From Bacillota bacterium (GTDB lineage Bacteria > Bacillota > Clostridia > Saccharofermentanales > DTU023), in the NCBI GenBank assembly GCA_023622515.1, contig JAMNZB010000030.1, positions 414 through 64,413 on the forward strand: DNA of 64,000 bases. Reading direction: 5' to 3'. A model generated the notes under the pieces. The model saw nothing but the letters and a program-made list of their open reading frames with translations, was not told the origin of the DNA and ran no database searches. This document shows, one piece after another, positions 26,404 through 35,996 of this stretch. Position 1 is the stretch's first letter. The number at the start of each line of letters is the position of its first letter. The translations under genes were made by a program, and so were the position numbers.

Positions 26404-28842
26404 GTGCGAGCTATCTGGCATCTAATCAAAGCGCTGCAGGGCAGGAATAAATTCAGGCAAATTCTTGCTTTTATTACCTTGCTCACCGCTGCCAGTGCCC
26501 TAACCCAGTCAGCCTTACTGCTCCTTACCAGATATCCGCAATTTATAGAGAAAAGTGCCTACACCCTCCATACGGAAGATGTCGGTTTTCTCACACATGC
26601 CATCGACAACCAGATTTTACTCCTGAATATTATACAGGACGAGCGAGTTCGCGATCTTGAATCTACTCCTACAGGCATTACCTACGCCTCTTTCCCCTAT
26701 GCGAGCTCTGAAAAGGAAAGTCTCGTCATCTTCCGCAACAATCAATGTCATTCGCGGATATCTGAAAATAAACACCTTGATGAATTAAGCCCGGAGATAA
26801 AGGCCGAGGCTGAATACCCCTTGATTTATCTTCCCTATATTTTTAAATATGGCGGCTACTACCGGGTAGGAGACCTGTTTTCTCTCCGGATTCATGAACA
26901 AGTCTACCCCTTTACTGTTGCCGGTTTTTCACAGAATATCCTACTTGGTACAAGCAACCTTGGTCTCTTGGAGTTTATCCTCGACATGGAAGACTATAAT
27001 GATTTTTTAAGGCAAACGGAGGGGATTTGCGCCGGACACTGGACAAAAGTTTTGCTAGAGAACAGGCAAGATGCTGAATCCTTCACTTCCGAAATGGTCC
27101 ACCTTTTCCACCGGGATAATGGGCAACATGCCCTTTTGGCAGATAATTGTGAAGAAGCAGAAGATTGTTCAGATTTGTTTTACGAGCCTCTAATAAGTTT
27201 TAATCTTAGCCAAGCCATCCGTAGCCGAATATTGATTTCCTATACTATTGCCATCGTCTTGATTACCATGTCTATTGCCTGTACAATCATCAGCCTTATC
27301 TGTCTGCGTTTTCTTATTCAGATTACGATTGAGAATACAACAAAGAGTATTGGCATCATGAAGGCCATAGGCTATTCCGACCTGCAAATCATCATTGCTT
27401 TTCATGCTTACTTCATGATACAGGTTTTTTTGGCCATTGTTCTGGGGCAAGTCTATTCTTATGCCAGCCTGCCCTTTATTTCCATCCTCCTCTCCACGGA
27501 ATCAGGTGTTTTTTGGCAACAGAATTATGATTTTCCCATCAGCCTCCTCAGCGCCTGCATCTTAACGGCTATTGTCTCATACAGGACCTTATCCACAAGC
27601 TTTCAGACTCGAAACGTTGAGCCTATGACTTCTATTCTCGGCAAAAACGCTAGCAACACTTTCAAAAAAAATTATCTTCCCCTAGCCAAAACAAAATCAA
27701 ACCATCCTGCTCTCTTTGCCCTGAAAAGCACCCTGCATAATCCCACAGCTAGCTCCCCTGTCTTTGTGACGCTTATTCTTTCCAGCTTTTTATGCCTCTC
27801 AATCCTAATCTTGTTCAGCAATATTCGAAGTGGGAGTTCTACCATTATAGAGGCTGCTTCCGGCTATCCTGTCCATATCATAATCAATCCCGAGGAAGGG
27901 ACGGATAAATATTCACTGAAAGAGAAACTAAGGGCTGAGCCGGCAGTTGCTCATGCTGATTTTATAGACGCCAAATTGGTTGACATTCAGTCAAAACAAG
28001 GCATCGCCCTTGTTAATGAAAACTTTGATTATATAAAAGATCGGCTTATTTACGAAGGGCGGGCCCCTCGGCATGACAATGAAATTTCTATGAATGGACT
28101 CTTTGCCAAGGAATTAGGTGTAGGAATCGGTGATTTTGTCCCCATAAGCGCTTATCAGGGAGAAGAAAAATTTCTGATTACCGGTCTGGCCCACGGGTCG
28201 CAATTTCTTGGACGCCATATTCAAATAACTTGTGAAGGCTTTAATCGATTAGCCCCTCATGCCCATCAAGAGAAAATCGGCCTGTTTTTTGGGCCTGAAA
28301 TCAGCCAGGCACAAATTGAAGCTTATACCAACTACTTGGCCCAACAAGAAGAAATCAGCCAGGCCATCAACTTGGCCAGACAAAGTCATATTCGCCAAAG
28401 TAACTTTCGCTATATTGCCCGCATGGTTACAATCATTGCCCTGCTTGTCATGGCTTTGATTATTTTTGCAACCATACACATTGTTGTCAGAACTGTCCGG
28501 AATAGGACCAACCGCGACTACAGCCTTCGCAAGTTTATCGGCTATACCTACTCCAGCCTGAGAAATGAGATTATTTTAAGCTATGCTCCCGCCATTCTGG
28601 GTGGCTGCCTAATAGGGTCTCTTTTAAGCATACTCTTTCTCAAGCCTATCACTATGCTCCTCTTTAGTTTATTCGGCATCCTAGAGGTAGAACTTATTCC
28701 CTTTCCTGAAGTTATTCTTCCGGTAAATATCGTCTTGTCTACTTACTCCATTGCCATCTGCATTCTTCTTTCCAGAAGTTTGCAAAGTGTCGATTACTAC
28801 GAGCTTATTACAGAGGACGCCCGCTTTAGGGGGGAAAAGTAG
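26404..28842 (+). CDS. FtsX-family ABC transporter permease (BceB-like, 812 aa)
   Basis: Two FtsX-type TM bundles (..IGIMKAIGYSDLQII.. and ..LRKFIGYTYSSLRNEI..) with large external domains. GTG start after AGGAGAAG. Confidence 0.85.
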   Translation: MRAIWHLIKALQGRNKFRQILAFITLLTAASALTQSALLLLTRYPQFIEKSAYTLHTEDVGFLTHAIDNQILLLNIIQDERVRDLESTPTGITYASFPYASSEKESLVIFRNNQCHSRISENKHLDELSPEIKAEAEYPLIYLPYIFKYGGYYRVGDLFSLRIHEQVYPFTVAGFSQNILLGTSNLGLLEFILDMEDYNDFLRQTEGICAGHWTKVLLENRQDAESFTSEMVHLFHRDNGQHALLADNCEEAEDCSDLFYEPLISFNLSQAIRSRILISYTIAIVLITMSIACTIISLICLRFLIQITIENTTKSIGIMKAIGYSDLQIIIAFHAYFMIQVFLAIVLGQVYSYASLPFISILLSTESGVFWQQNYDFPISLLSACILTAIVSYRTLSTSFQTRNVEPMTSILGKNASNTFKKNYLPLAKTKSNHPALFALKSTLHNPTASSPVFVTLILSSFLCLSILILFSNIRSGSSTIIEAASGYPVHIIINPEEGTDKYSLKEKLRAEPAVAHADFIDAKLVDIQSKQGIALVNENFDYIKDRLIYEGRAPRHDNEISMNGLFAKELGVGIGDFVPISAYQGEEKFLITGLAHGSQFLGRHIQITCEGFNRLAPHAHQEKIGLFFGPEISQAQIEAYTNYLAQQEEISQAINLARQSHIRQSNFRYIARMVTIIALLVMALIIFATIHIVVRTVRNRTNRDYSLRKFIGYTYSSLRNEIILSYAPAILGGCLIGSLLSILFLKPITMLLFSLFGILEVELIPFPEVILPVNIVLSTYSIAICILLSRSLQSVDYYELITEDARFRGEK

Positions 28843-28900
28843 CCGGTCTAAAGCCCGAAATTTATATTTCTCATTTTTACCTTTTACTTCATTGACTTCT

Positions 28901-29608
28901 TTAGTTCTTCCAGATTCCGCGCCCTGCCGCCTTTGCTTCAGCTGCTGCCAGCCGCAAAAGCTGGTCATAGCTTGTGTTGGGCGGGTAGGATTTCTGATAG
29001 GCATAACCCTCTCTGCAGAGCATTTCATTAAGCATGAGGTCTTCAAGCCAAACATAAACAAGAAGTCTGTCATATTGGTCATATTTTTCCACATCAGTTT
29101 CAATAAAATAGCCGCCCTCATAGGAGGCAAGATAGTTTTTTAAAAATTCGGATGCCTCAACCCCTTCCTTGGTCTTGCGTTCGGGATTATCATCAACGGA
29201 CTCCGGGGCATCTATTCCGATTAAGCGACAACGCTCCTTCCTTCCATCCACCTTCAAAATTAAGGTATCCGCATCAACCACGCGAACAAGTTCGGCAGGG
29301 ATTAAATTTTTTGTTTCTTGCTTATCTCCTTGTACAAGCTCTTGCGACTCACTACTAGCCGCTTCTGCAGAATCCAGAAAGTCTATAACAACGTCCTTAA
29401 CATCTTCGATGCTTTTAATATCTTTGATGTCTTTTAAATCTTTGATATCGGCAAGATCGGCAACATAGTTAATAAGTAAAGAAAGGGCTATGATAATTAG
29501 GAGGCCGGTCAGGGTCGATAATTTCTTCTTGCCACTTTCTACCTGACGACTTTGGCCGGTTTGCCTGCTTGGCTTGCTTCTTTTCTCTATCTTGTCTCGT
29601 AATTTCAT
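28901..29608 (-). CDS. membrane-anchored thermonuclease (SNase family)
   Basis: N-terminal TM, a DIK/DLK repeat linker and an SNase core (..VVDADTLILKV.....RLIGIDAPE.., ..YDRLLVYVW..). Confidence 0.85.
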   Translation of the reverse strand: MKLRDKIEKRSKPSRQTGQSRQVESGKKKLSTLTGLLIIIALSLLINYVADLADIKDLKDIKDIKSIEDVKDVVIDFLDSAEAASSESQELVQGDKQETKNLIPAELVRVVDADTLILKVDGRKERCRLIGIDAPESVDDNPERKTKEGVEASEFLKNYLASYEGGYFIETDVEKYDQYDRLLVYVWLEDLMLNEMLCREGYAYQKSYPPNTSYDQLLRLAAAEAKAAGRGIWKN

Positions 29609-29714
29609 TGGCTGCTAATGCTTCCTTTCCTCTACTTTATTTCACTTCCATTCATTAAGCCTATCCGGTATAGGCTATATAGGCAGACAACTCCGACCTC
29701 CGGCCCGCTCCTGT

Positions 29715-31157
29715 CTATGGCCCTTTTTTGATAGCCTTTCCCATCACTTCCCTACTTGAGGCTAAGGCTTTTTCCAGGCGGGGAACAAGGGCGGTCGCCT
29801 CATACTTTTCCGGTTCTTGAAGGGCCGCTTCAACAGGCAAGACCCAACCGTAGGTCTTGTTCTCTATGGGGTAGCCGGGATAGGTCTTATACATATAGAG
29901 GGGAATATAATCGGCCAGGAGGATATCGGCTCCCTCCTCTGTCTTTTCTATCAGAACTCTGGCTAAGGCTCCCTCCTCTGCCCGTCCGTCACTATTACCG
30001 GTTTCCGGCTGTTGGTTAGAAACAAAGTTCCCTAAGGAATAATAGCAGATCATTTGTCCTGAAGGATTATTCGCCGGAAGAGTAACAAGGGGTTGGACAA
30101 CATGGGGGTGGGTCCCGATGACCAAATCAACACCGGCATCAGCAAGAATTTGGGCGTAATGCTTTTGCCAGCTATCCGCCTCTCTTGCATATTCTATTCC
30201 CCAATGCATAAAGAAAATGACTAGGTCCGCTTTCTCTGCCCGCATTGCAGCCACCCTGTCCCGCAAACTCTTTTCATCCGCCGCATGGATATCGCTAAGT
30301 CCCGGTTCGACACAAAAGCTATCAATCAGTTTTTCTGCCTCCGGGGGAATAGCTGCCCCATTTAAGGTCCGCTTTCCACCGCTTCTTGCCGTTTCATAGC
30401 TAAAGGCGGAAAAAGCCAATTTAATGCCCTTACAGTCAACAAGTACATAGCCCTTTTCTTTTTCAGAAAGCCGGGTTCCAATCGTACCTATACCTGCCTC
30501 CTGTAAAGTTTCCAAAGTGGAAAAGACACCCTCCAGGCCGGCATCCATAGCATGGTTGTTCACCGTGGTAAGATAATCAAAGCCGGCATCCCGTATGTTT
30601 TGCGCCAGTTCTTTAGGGGCCCGAAAAACGGGATAGCCATAATAGGGCTTGCCGGTTATCGTCCCCTCCATGTTGGCAAAGGCCAAATCGGCCTCATGAA
30701 AAATATCCTCCGTGTAGCGGAAAAGCCAGGAAAAGTCTGCTGTGCCGTCGGGATTAATCCCTTGATTTAAAATGGGCAAATGGATGAGGAGGTCACCGGC
30801 AAAAATTAGTTCAATAGGCTCTCTTTCAGCTTCCCGGCCGGACTCTCTTTCCCCATCTGACAAGTCAGCTTCCTCTCCGCTTCTTCCTTGCTCCTCTTCC
30901 TTTCCACTGCTTCCCGGCTCATCTCCCCCTACACTTGCTTTCCCAGCCCCTGCCGGACCCCTTCCGTCACGGGCATTCTCTGAAACGGAGTGTAAGATTG
31001 GGAATTTGCGATTTAAACTTAAGGGCCCTGTATCCGAAAGAAAAAGCAAGACAAATAAAAGGCTCACCAAAAGAACAATCATGCCTCGCAGGACACGGGA
31101 GTAGTCGAGCTTTTTATTTCTTTTACCCTTAGACAAGATTAATCGGACTTCCTTCAA
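29715..31157 (-). CDS. CapA-family (poly-gamma-glutamate synthesis-like) metallophosphatase, membrane anchored
   Basis: TM anchor, a low-complexity G/E/S linker and a CapA core (..IFAGDLLIH.., ..TVNNHAMDAG.., ..GTHPHVVQP..). The start is uncertain (TTG 31157 or ATG 31082). Confidence 0.75.
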   Translation of the reverse strand: MKEVRLILSKGKRNKKLDYSRVLRGMIVLLVSLLFVLLFLSDTGPLSLNRKFPILHSVSENARDGRGPAGAGKASVGGDEPGSSGKEEEQGRSGEEADLSDGERESGREAEREPIELIFAGDLLIHLPILNQGINPDGTADFSWLFRYTEDIFHEADLAFANMEGTITGKPYYGYPVFRAPKELAQNIRDAGFDYLTTVNNHAMDAGLEGVFSTLETLQEAGIGTIGTRLSEKEKGYVLVDCKGIKLAFSAFSYETARSGGKRTLNGAAIPPEAEKLIDSFCVEPGLSDIHAADEKSLRDRVAAMRAEKADLVIFFMHWGIEYAREADSWQKHYAQILADAGVDLVIGTHPHVVQPLVTLPANNPSGQMICYYSLGNFVSNQQPETGNSDGRAEEGALARVLIEKTEEGADILLADYIPLYMYKTYPGYPIENKTYGWVLPVEAALQEPEKYEATALVPRLEKALASSREVMGKAIKKGP

Positions 31158-32070
31158 TATAGGCTTTAAGATTCTCCGCTACGATGTCGGCCCGCTTATA
31201 CATGGCCTCCAGGCTTAAGAAGGCGACATGAGGAGTCAGCAGGCAATTTTTTGCTTGGAGTAAGGGGTGGTCGCCGGCAATGGGGGGCTCCGTTTCAAAG
31301 ACATCGATGGCCGCCCCGGCAATTTTTCCGCTGTTTAAGGCAGCTGCCAGAGCTTTGCTGTCAACAATGGGGCCTCTTGCCGTATTGATAAAAACAGCCT
31401 CTTCCTTCATGAGAGCAATCCTCTCTTCATTGATGAAGTTTACGGTTTCCTCATTTTGGGGTAAGTGTAAAGAAACAATATCCGAGCTTTTTAGAAGTGT
31501 TTTCAGGTCCACAAATTCAACACCGGCCACATCTTTTTTTGTCCTGGAATAGGCCAGGACTCGGCAGCCAAAGGCCTTAGCCAAAGCAGCCACCCGTAAA
31601 CCGATTGCTCCTGCACCGATAATGCCGAAAGTTTTCCCGGCCAGCTCTATACCTCTTAATCCGGCACTTGTTTTACCTGCCCGAACGGCTTTATCGCCTT
31701 CCAAAATATACCTGTACAGGGCAATAACATAACCAAAGACCAATTCTGAAACAGCCACTGTTGAGTAGCCGGCACAATTGGATACCTGAATACCCAACTC
31801 TCTCGCCTTGTCCATATCAAGATGGTCATAGCCTGTAAAAGCAACACAAATATACTTTAAGTCAGGGGCTGCTTCCATGACTTCAGCCGGAAACTTAAAA
31901 TTTGAGAGGACGACAACGTCCGCATCAGCCACCCTCTCGATTAAGGTCGGGACATCTTCCTTCCTGTCCGCATAGAAGACCAGTTCCGCCTTTTCGCCAA
32001 CTGCTGCTTCAATTTTTTTTACTAAATCCTCTTGAGGGATTCCTAAAGGTTCTAAGATTTTTACTTTCAT
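31129..32070 (-). CDS. D-isomer-specific 2-hydroxyacid dehydrogenase
   Basis: NAD fold GIIGAGAIGLRVA, catalytic ..NTARG...D.. and ..TPHVAF... I chose ATG 32070 (AAAGGAGAAG SD) over the track start 32157. Confidence 0.85.
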   Translation of the reverse strand: MKVKILEPLGIPQEDLVKKIEAAVGEKAELVFYADRKEDVPTLIERVADADVVVLSNFKFPAEVMEAAPDLKYICVAFTGYDHLDMDKARELGIQVSNCAGYSTVAVSELVFGYVIALYRYILEGDKAVRAGKTSAGLRGIELAGKTFGIIGAGAIGLRVAALAKAFGCRVLAYSRTKKDVAGVEFVDLKTLLKSSDIVSLHLPQNEETVNFINEERIALMKEEAVFINTARGPIVDSKALAAALNSGKIAGAAIDVFETEPPIAGDHPLLQAKNCLLTPHVAFLSLEAMYKRADIVAENLKAYIEGSPINLV

Positions 32071-32255
32071 TGTGTCTTCTCCTTTTCCAGTATTTTTATC
32101 TTTTTTGCTATTATTTTTTAGCTCATCTGTTCTTTCTTCTTCCGGCCTATCATCCATCTTAGCTTCTACTTGTCTACAATAGCCTAGCTGTATTTTAACC
32201 TTTATATTCCTTTCTACACAGCCGTTTTTTCTTTTGCCGCTGCATAGTTCACTCA

Positions 32256-32281
32256 GCTTAGGTTAACTGCTTAGGTTAACT
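32256..32281. repeat. 13-bp perfect tandem duplication spanning the zupT stop codon
   Basis: GCTTAGGTTAACT x2 (32256-32268 and 32269-32281). Confidence 0.75.
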
Positions 32282-33149
32282 GTAAGGTAACAGCCATAAT
32301 CGCCATACCGATGATAAGGCCGGCCATAGCATGGTGGTGGTGTTCTTCTAATTTTTGCGCTGCGGGCAGGAGTTCGTCAAGGGAAATATATACCATTATG
32401 CCGGCAACCAGGGCAAAAATAATGGCGAGGAGGGCTTCGCTCAAATAGGGGCGGAGAAAAAGATAACCTAGCAAGGCTCCCAGGGGCTCGGCCAAACCGG
32501 AAAGGGTAGCAAGGCCAATCGCTTTGCTGTTTGAGCCGGTTGCCTGCTTAATAGGGACAGCTACTGAAATCCCCTCCGGGATATTGTGGATGGCAATGGC
32601 GATGGCGATGCTAATACCAAGTGCCGGATCTTGTAAGGCTGCAAAAAACGAGGCAATCCCTTCCGGAAAGTTGTGGATTGAAATAGCCAAGACGGAAAGG
32701 ATACCGGTTCGAAACAACTTTTGCTTTTCTTTTCTTTCCGCTTTTTCCCCTTCCTTAGCTTCTGAAGAACAAGCTTCCTTATTTTGCAAATATTCTTCCG
32801 CTGTAATATGGTCTAAGGCAGCCATTTCGTGGGGATTCGTTTCTTCCGGAACAAGGTGGTCAATGACAGCAATGATGCCGATACCGGCAAAAAATGCAAG
32901 TATTGTTCCCCAGCCTCCCGGGCCTTCCCCATAAATTGCTTTCATAGTACCAAAGGATTCCGCAAGCATCTCCACAAAAGAAATGTAAATCATGACACCG
33001 GCAGAAAGGCCTAAAGAAATGGACAAGGCTCTGCTGTCAAATTCTTTCTTCCTTAATACAACAAGGCCGCCGAGTCCTGTTGAAAGACCGGCAAAAGCCG
33101 TTAAGAGAAAGGCTCTTAGTATGTTCAAGGTATCTAAATCAATATTCAT
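32271..33149 (-). CDS. zupT: ZIP family zinc transporter
   Basis: Motifs HNFPEGIA and HNIPEGISV, 8 predicted TM helices and an acidic/His-containing loop. Confidence 0.85.
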   Translation of the reverse strand: MNIDLDTLNILRAFLLTAFAGLSTGLGGLVVLRKKEFDSRALSISLGLSAGVMIYISFVEMLAESFGTMKAIYGEGPGGWGTILAFFAGIGIIAVIDHLVPEETNPHEMAALDHITAEEYLQNKEACSSEAKEGEKAERKEKQKLFRTGILSVLAISIHNFPEGIASFFAALQDPALGISIAIAIAIHNIPEGISVAVPIKQATGSNSKAIGLATLSGLAEPLGALLGYLFLRPYLSEALLAIIFALVAGIMVYISLDELLPAAQKLEEHHHHAMAGLIIGMAIMAVTLQLT

Positions 33150-33191
33150 TTTCCTGCCAATTACCTTCCGTTTATAGCTGCTCCTTTTCCT

Positions 33192-33908
33192 CTAAGGACG
33201 CTTAGGGAAATAGGGGCAAGCCGGACCTTTACATTCCTTATTTTCTTTTAAATAGTGGCAAATAACTCTTTCCGGTTTTTCCATCCGGACTCCGATTTCC
33301 TTTTCTATAAAAGGAATAGCATTAAGAAGGGCTATAAAAGAGTTTCTTTTGCAGCAACGCGGCCCGCCAATATCCGCCATAGCCTGCAGGGCATTCGCTG
33401 TAATCCGGTTGGTCGGACTCCAGTCATCTGTACTTAAAGGGGTCGTACCACGAATAATCGAATAGGCCATACCGGTGCTGACGGCTGCTCCGCAAGCCCC
33501 CCACAAACCACAACTTCCACCGGGATACTTGCCCCCTCTTTTTTTCATTTCTTGCAGGGCAAGGGGTAAATCCAATTTCCCGCCGGCATTATGGAAAGCA
33601 GTCAAAAGAGCTGCACCGACAAGAACATGGTGCTCCGGTCCATGCATATAGACTTCGGGCATATCCATGAGTTCCATCATAAGCTGAAGGGGGTTTTTGC
33701 TTTGCCTTTGCAAACAATGCAAAAGGCCGGCATTAACACCACCCTCACTATGACAGCTGTCGCAAACATAGTGGCCCTCCACACAGGAAGCGTTGCTATC
33801 GTAGGTATCACCACAGAGCAAACAGGTCATTATTTTTGTTTTGGAATAGTAAATCAAGTCTTTGCCACAAACAAGGCAGACGCCTTCGCCCCTTTGTAGT
33901 TTTTCCAT
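33192..33908 (-). CDS. Cys-rich putative metal/redox protein (family uncertain)
   Basis: N-terminal CxxC..CxxC..C..CxxC zinc-ribbon-like segment, then HGPEHH and GGSCGLWGACGAA motifs and a C-terminal CKGPAC. I chose ATG 33908 (GGAGG SD). Confidence 0.6.
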   Translation of the reverse strand: MEKLQRGEGVCLVCGKDLIYYSKTKIMTCLLCGDTYDSNASCVEGHYVCDSCHSEGGVNAGLLHCLQRQSKNPLQLMMELMDMPEVYMHGPEHHVLVGAALLTAFHNAGGKLDLPLALQEMKKRGGKYPGGSCGLWGACGAAVSTGMAYSIIRGTTPLSTDDWSPTNRITANALQAMADIGGPRCCKRNSFIALLNAIPFIEKEIGVRMEKPERVICHYLKENKECKGPACPYFPKRP

Positions 33909-34004
33909 TATTTCCTCCGGCACATATACTATCCAAACACTGTTTATGGGGTTTTCTCCCCCCATAATTCTCAGATGTTTCTTTCATTCTACTATAAAAG
34001 GAGC

Positions 34005-34046
34005 TATAAAAAATTGCTCGAAATTAACTTATTCGAGCAATTTTTA
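34005..34046. terminator. bidirectional intrinsic terminator (serves aspA)
   Basis: 11-bp perfect stem AATTGCTCGAA / TTCGAGCAATT flanked by an A run and a T run. Confidence 0.75.
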
Positions 34047-34155
34047 TCGTTCAACTGTCTTCGTATTGCTAAGCCCTATTTAAAAGACTAGCTCGACTTT
34101 GCCGGTCAATAGCCGTCATTCTGAACAGTACTTTAGACGGGCTTAAGCAAGATTC

Positions 34156-35547
34156 TTATTCAGAATCAGCCAGAGCTTCCGGGTCTAAAATTTTGTCTAG
34201 ATCGTCTTCTGTGAAATCGGTTTCGCGGAGGACCACTTCACGGACAGTAGCCTCTTCTTCCATGGCCATCTTAGCGATTTCTGCGGCTTTTGTATAACCG
34301 ATATGGGGGCAAAGGGCTGTGATCATGATTAAACTGTTCTCCAGGAGCTCAGTGATTTTCTTTTCATTTGCGCTGATACCCTCTACACAGTTTACCCGTA
34401 AGGTAAGAGCGGCCTGGCCAAGACTTTCAATAGACTCAAAAAGATTGTAGAAAAGCACCGGTTCAAAAGCATTCAACTCAAATTGACCGCCCTCAGCGCA
34501 CATGGTAATAGTTACATCGTTGCCGATAATATTAAAGGCTACCTGGCTGACAACCTCCGGGATGACGGGGTTAACCTTGCCCGGCATAATAGAGGAACCG
34601 TTTTGACGCGGGGGAAGATTGATGATGGAGTATCCGGCACGAGGCCCTGAAGACATTAGACGCAAGTCATTAGACATTTTAGAAAGGCTGACGGCACAGG
34701 TCTTAATAGCGGCAGAAACCAGAACAAAAGCATCCAGGTTTTGTGTGCCGTCAAAAAGATCGGCAGCGGTTTCCATGGGGTAGCCTACAACTTCACGCAA
34801 GCACTCATTGATAACTTCCATGTATTCCTTGGAGGCATTGATACCTGAACCGATTGCTGTACCGCCCATGTTATTCACATACATGTATTTCTTGACCTCT
34901 TCAATCTGGCCAATGTCCCGCTTTAAGGCCTCGGCATACGCCTTGAAGGACTGGCCGAGTCGCATGGGTACGGCATCCTGTAACTGGGTGTAACCCACTC
35001 GGATAATGTCGTGGAACTCTGCCGCCTTAGCACGCAAGGCCTTTTCTAAATCCTTAAGCTTGGGGAGCATATCATCAATCAGATGGAGAACCGTTAATTT
35101 TCCTGCTGTAGGAAAGACATCATTGGTTGATTGAGACATGTTGACATGGTCATTGGGATGAACCGGGTCATAGGAACCTAACTCGCCGCCTAAAATTTCT
35201 GTTGCCCGGTTGGCAATCACTTCGTTGGCGTTCATGTTTGCTGAGGTACCGGCCCCGCCCTGGATGGGGTCGGTTATGAAATGATCATGGAATTGACCGG
35301 CAATAATTTCCTCACAGGCTTGGATAATAGCCTCACAACGTTTTTCATCAAGTGTCCCGGCTCTTTTATTGGCCTTGGCAGAAGCTTTCTTTACTTTTGC
35401 CAAACTGACAATCATTTCCCTTCTTAATTTTTGGCCGGTAATGGGGAAGTTGTGCTCGGCCCGTTTTGACTGAACACCGTAATATGCCTCAGGCGCAATT
35501 TCCAGCGAACCAACAGTATCTCTTTCAATGCGTTTTCTTGTTTCCAT
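34156..35547 (-). CDS. aspA: aspartate ammonia-lyase
   Basis: Fumarase/aspartase family with the SS loop GSSIMPGKVNPVIPE (aspartase-type PV.PE) and ..TSANMNANEV.., ..SQSTNDVFPT... Confidence 0.88.
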   Translation of the reverse strand: METRKRIERDTVGSLEIAPEAYYGVQSKRAEHNFPITGQKLRREMIVSLAKVKKASAKANKRAGTLDEKRCEAIIQACEEIIAGQFHDHFITDPIQGGAGTSANMNANEVIANRATEILGGELGSYDPVHPNDHVNMSQSTNDVFPTAGKLTVLHLIDDMLPKLKDLEKALRAKAAEFHDIIRVGYTQLQDAVPMRLGQSFKAYAEALKRDIGQIEEVKKYMYVNNMGGTAIGSGINASKEYMEVINECLREVVGYPMETAADLFDGTQNLDAFVLVSAAIKTCAVSLSKMSNDLRLMSSGPRAGYSIINLPPRQNGSSIMPGKVNPVIPEVVSQVAFNIIGNDVTITMCAEGGQFELNAFEPVLFYNLFESIESLGQAALTLRVNCVEGISANEKKITELLENSLIMITALCPHIGYTKAAEIAKMAMEEEATVREVVLRETDFTEDDLDKILDPEALADSE

Positions 35548-35996
35548 TCTTTCAATCTCCTTCTCACATGCCTTGGCATGATTAATAATGCATAATGGTA
35601 TTTGCCTGTATGTAATCTATCTGCATGGCCTAACCGAACTTGCCGGACTTGAAGCAGTTACTTCATTTTGTTTTTTTATCCAACAATTTTGTTTTTTAAA
35701 GATTTTCCCACAATAAGCAGCCTTTTTCATTATGAAGCCCTTTTTTCAGGGGGAAAATTGATTTCACAAACCTTTTCTATTATAGGAAAATGAGGCCCTA
35801 TTTTCAATTCAAATATTCGATATTATAATAAACACTTTAAATAAAGGGAGTCCACTTGAATATTTTGCCGATTTTCCGAAAAGCTACAGAAGATATCGAA
35901 CTATTCTTTCTTCCTGAAGAATAGACCGTTATAATGTTAGCAGAAAATAGAAATTACGCCTTAGGCAACTGGCAAAAGAAAGGCTGGATAAAAATT

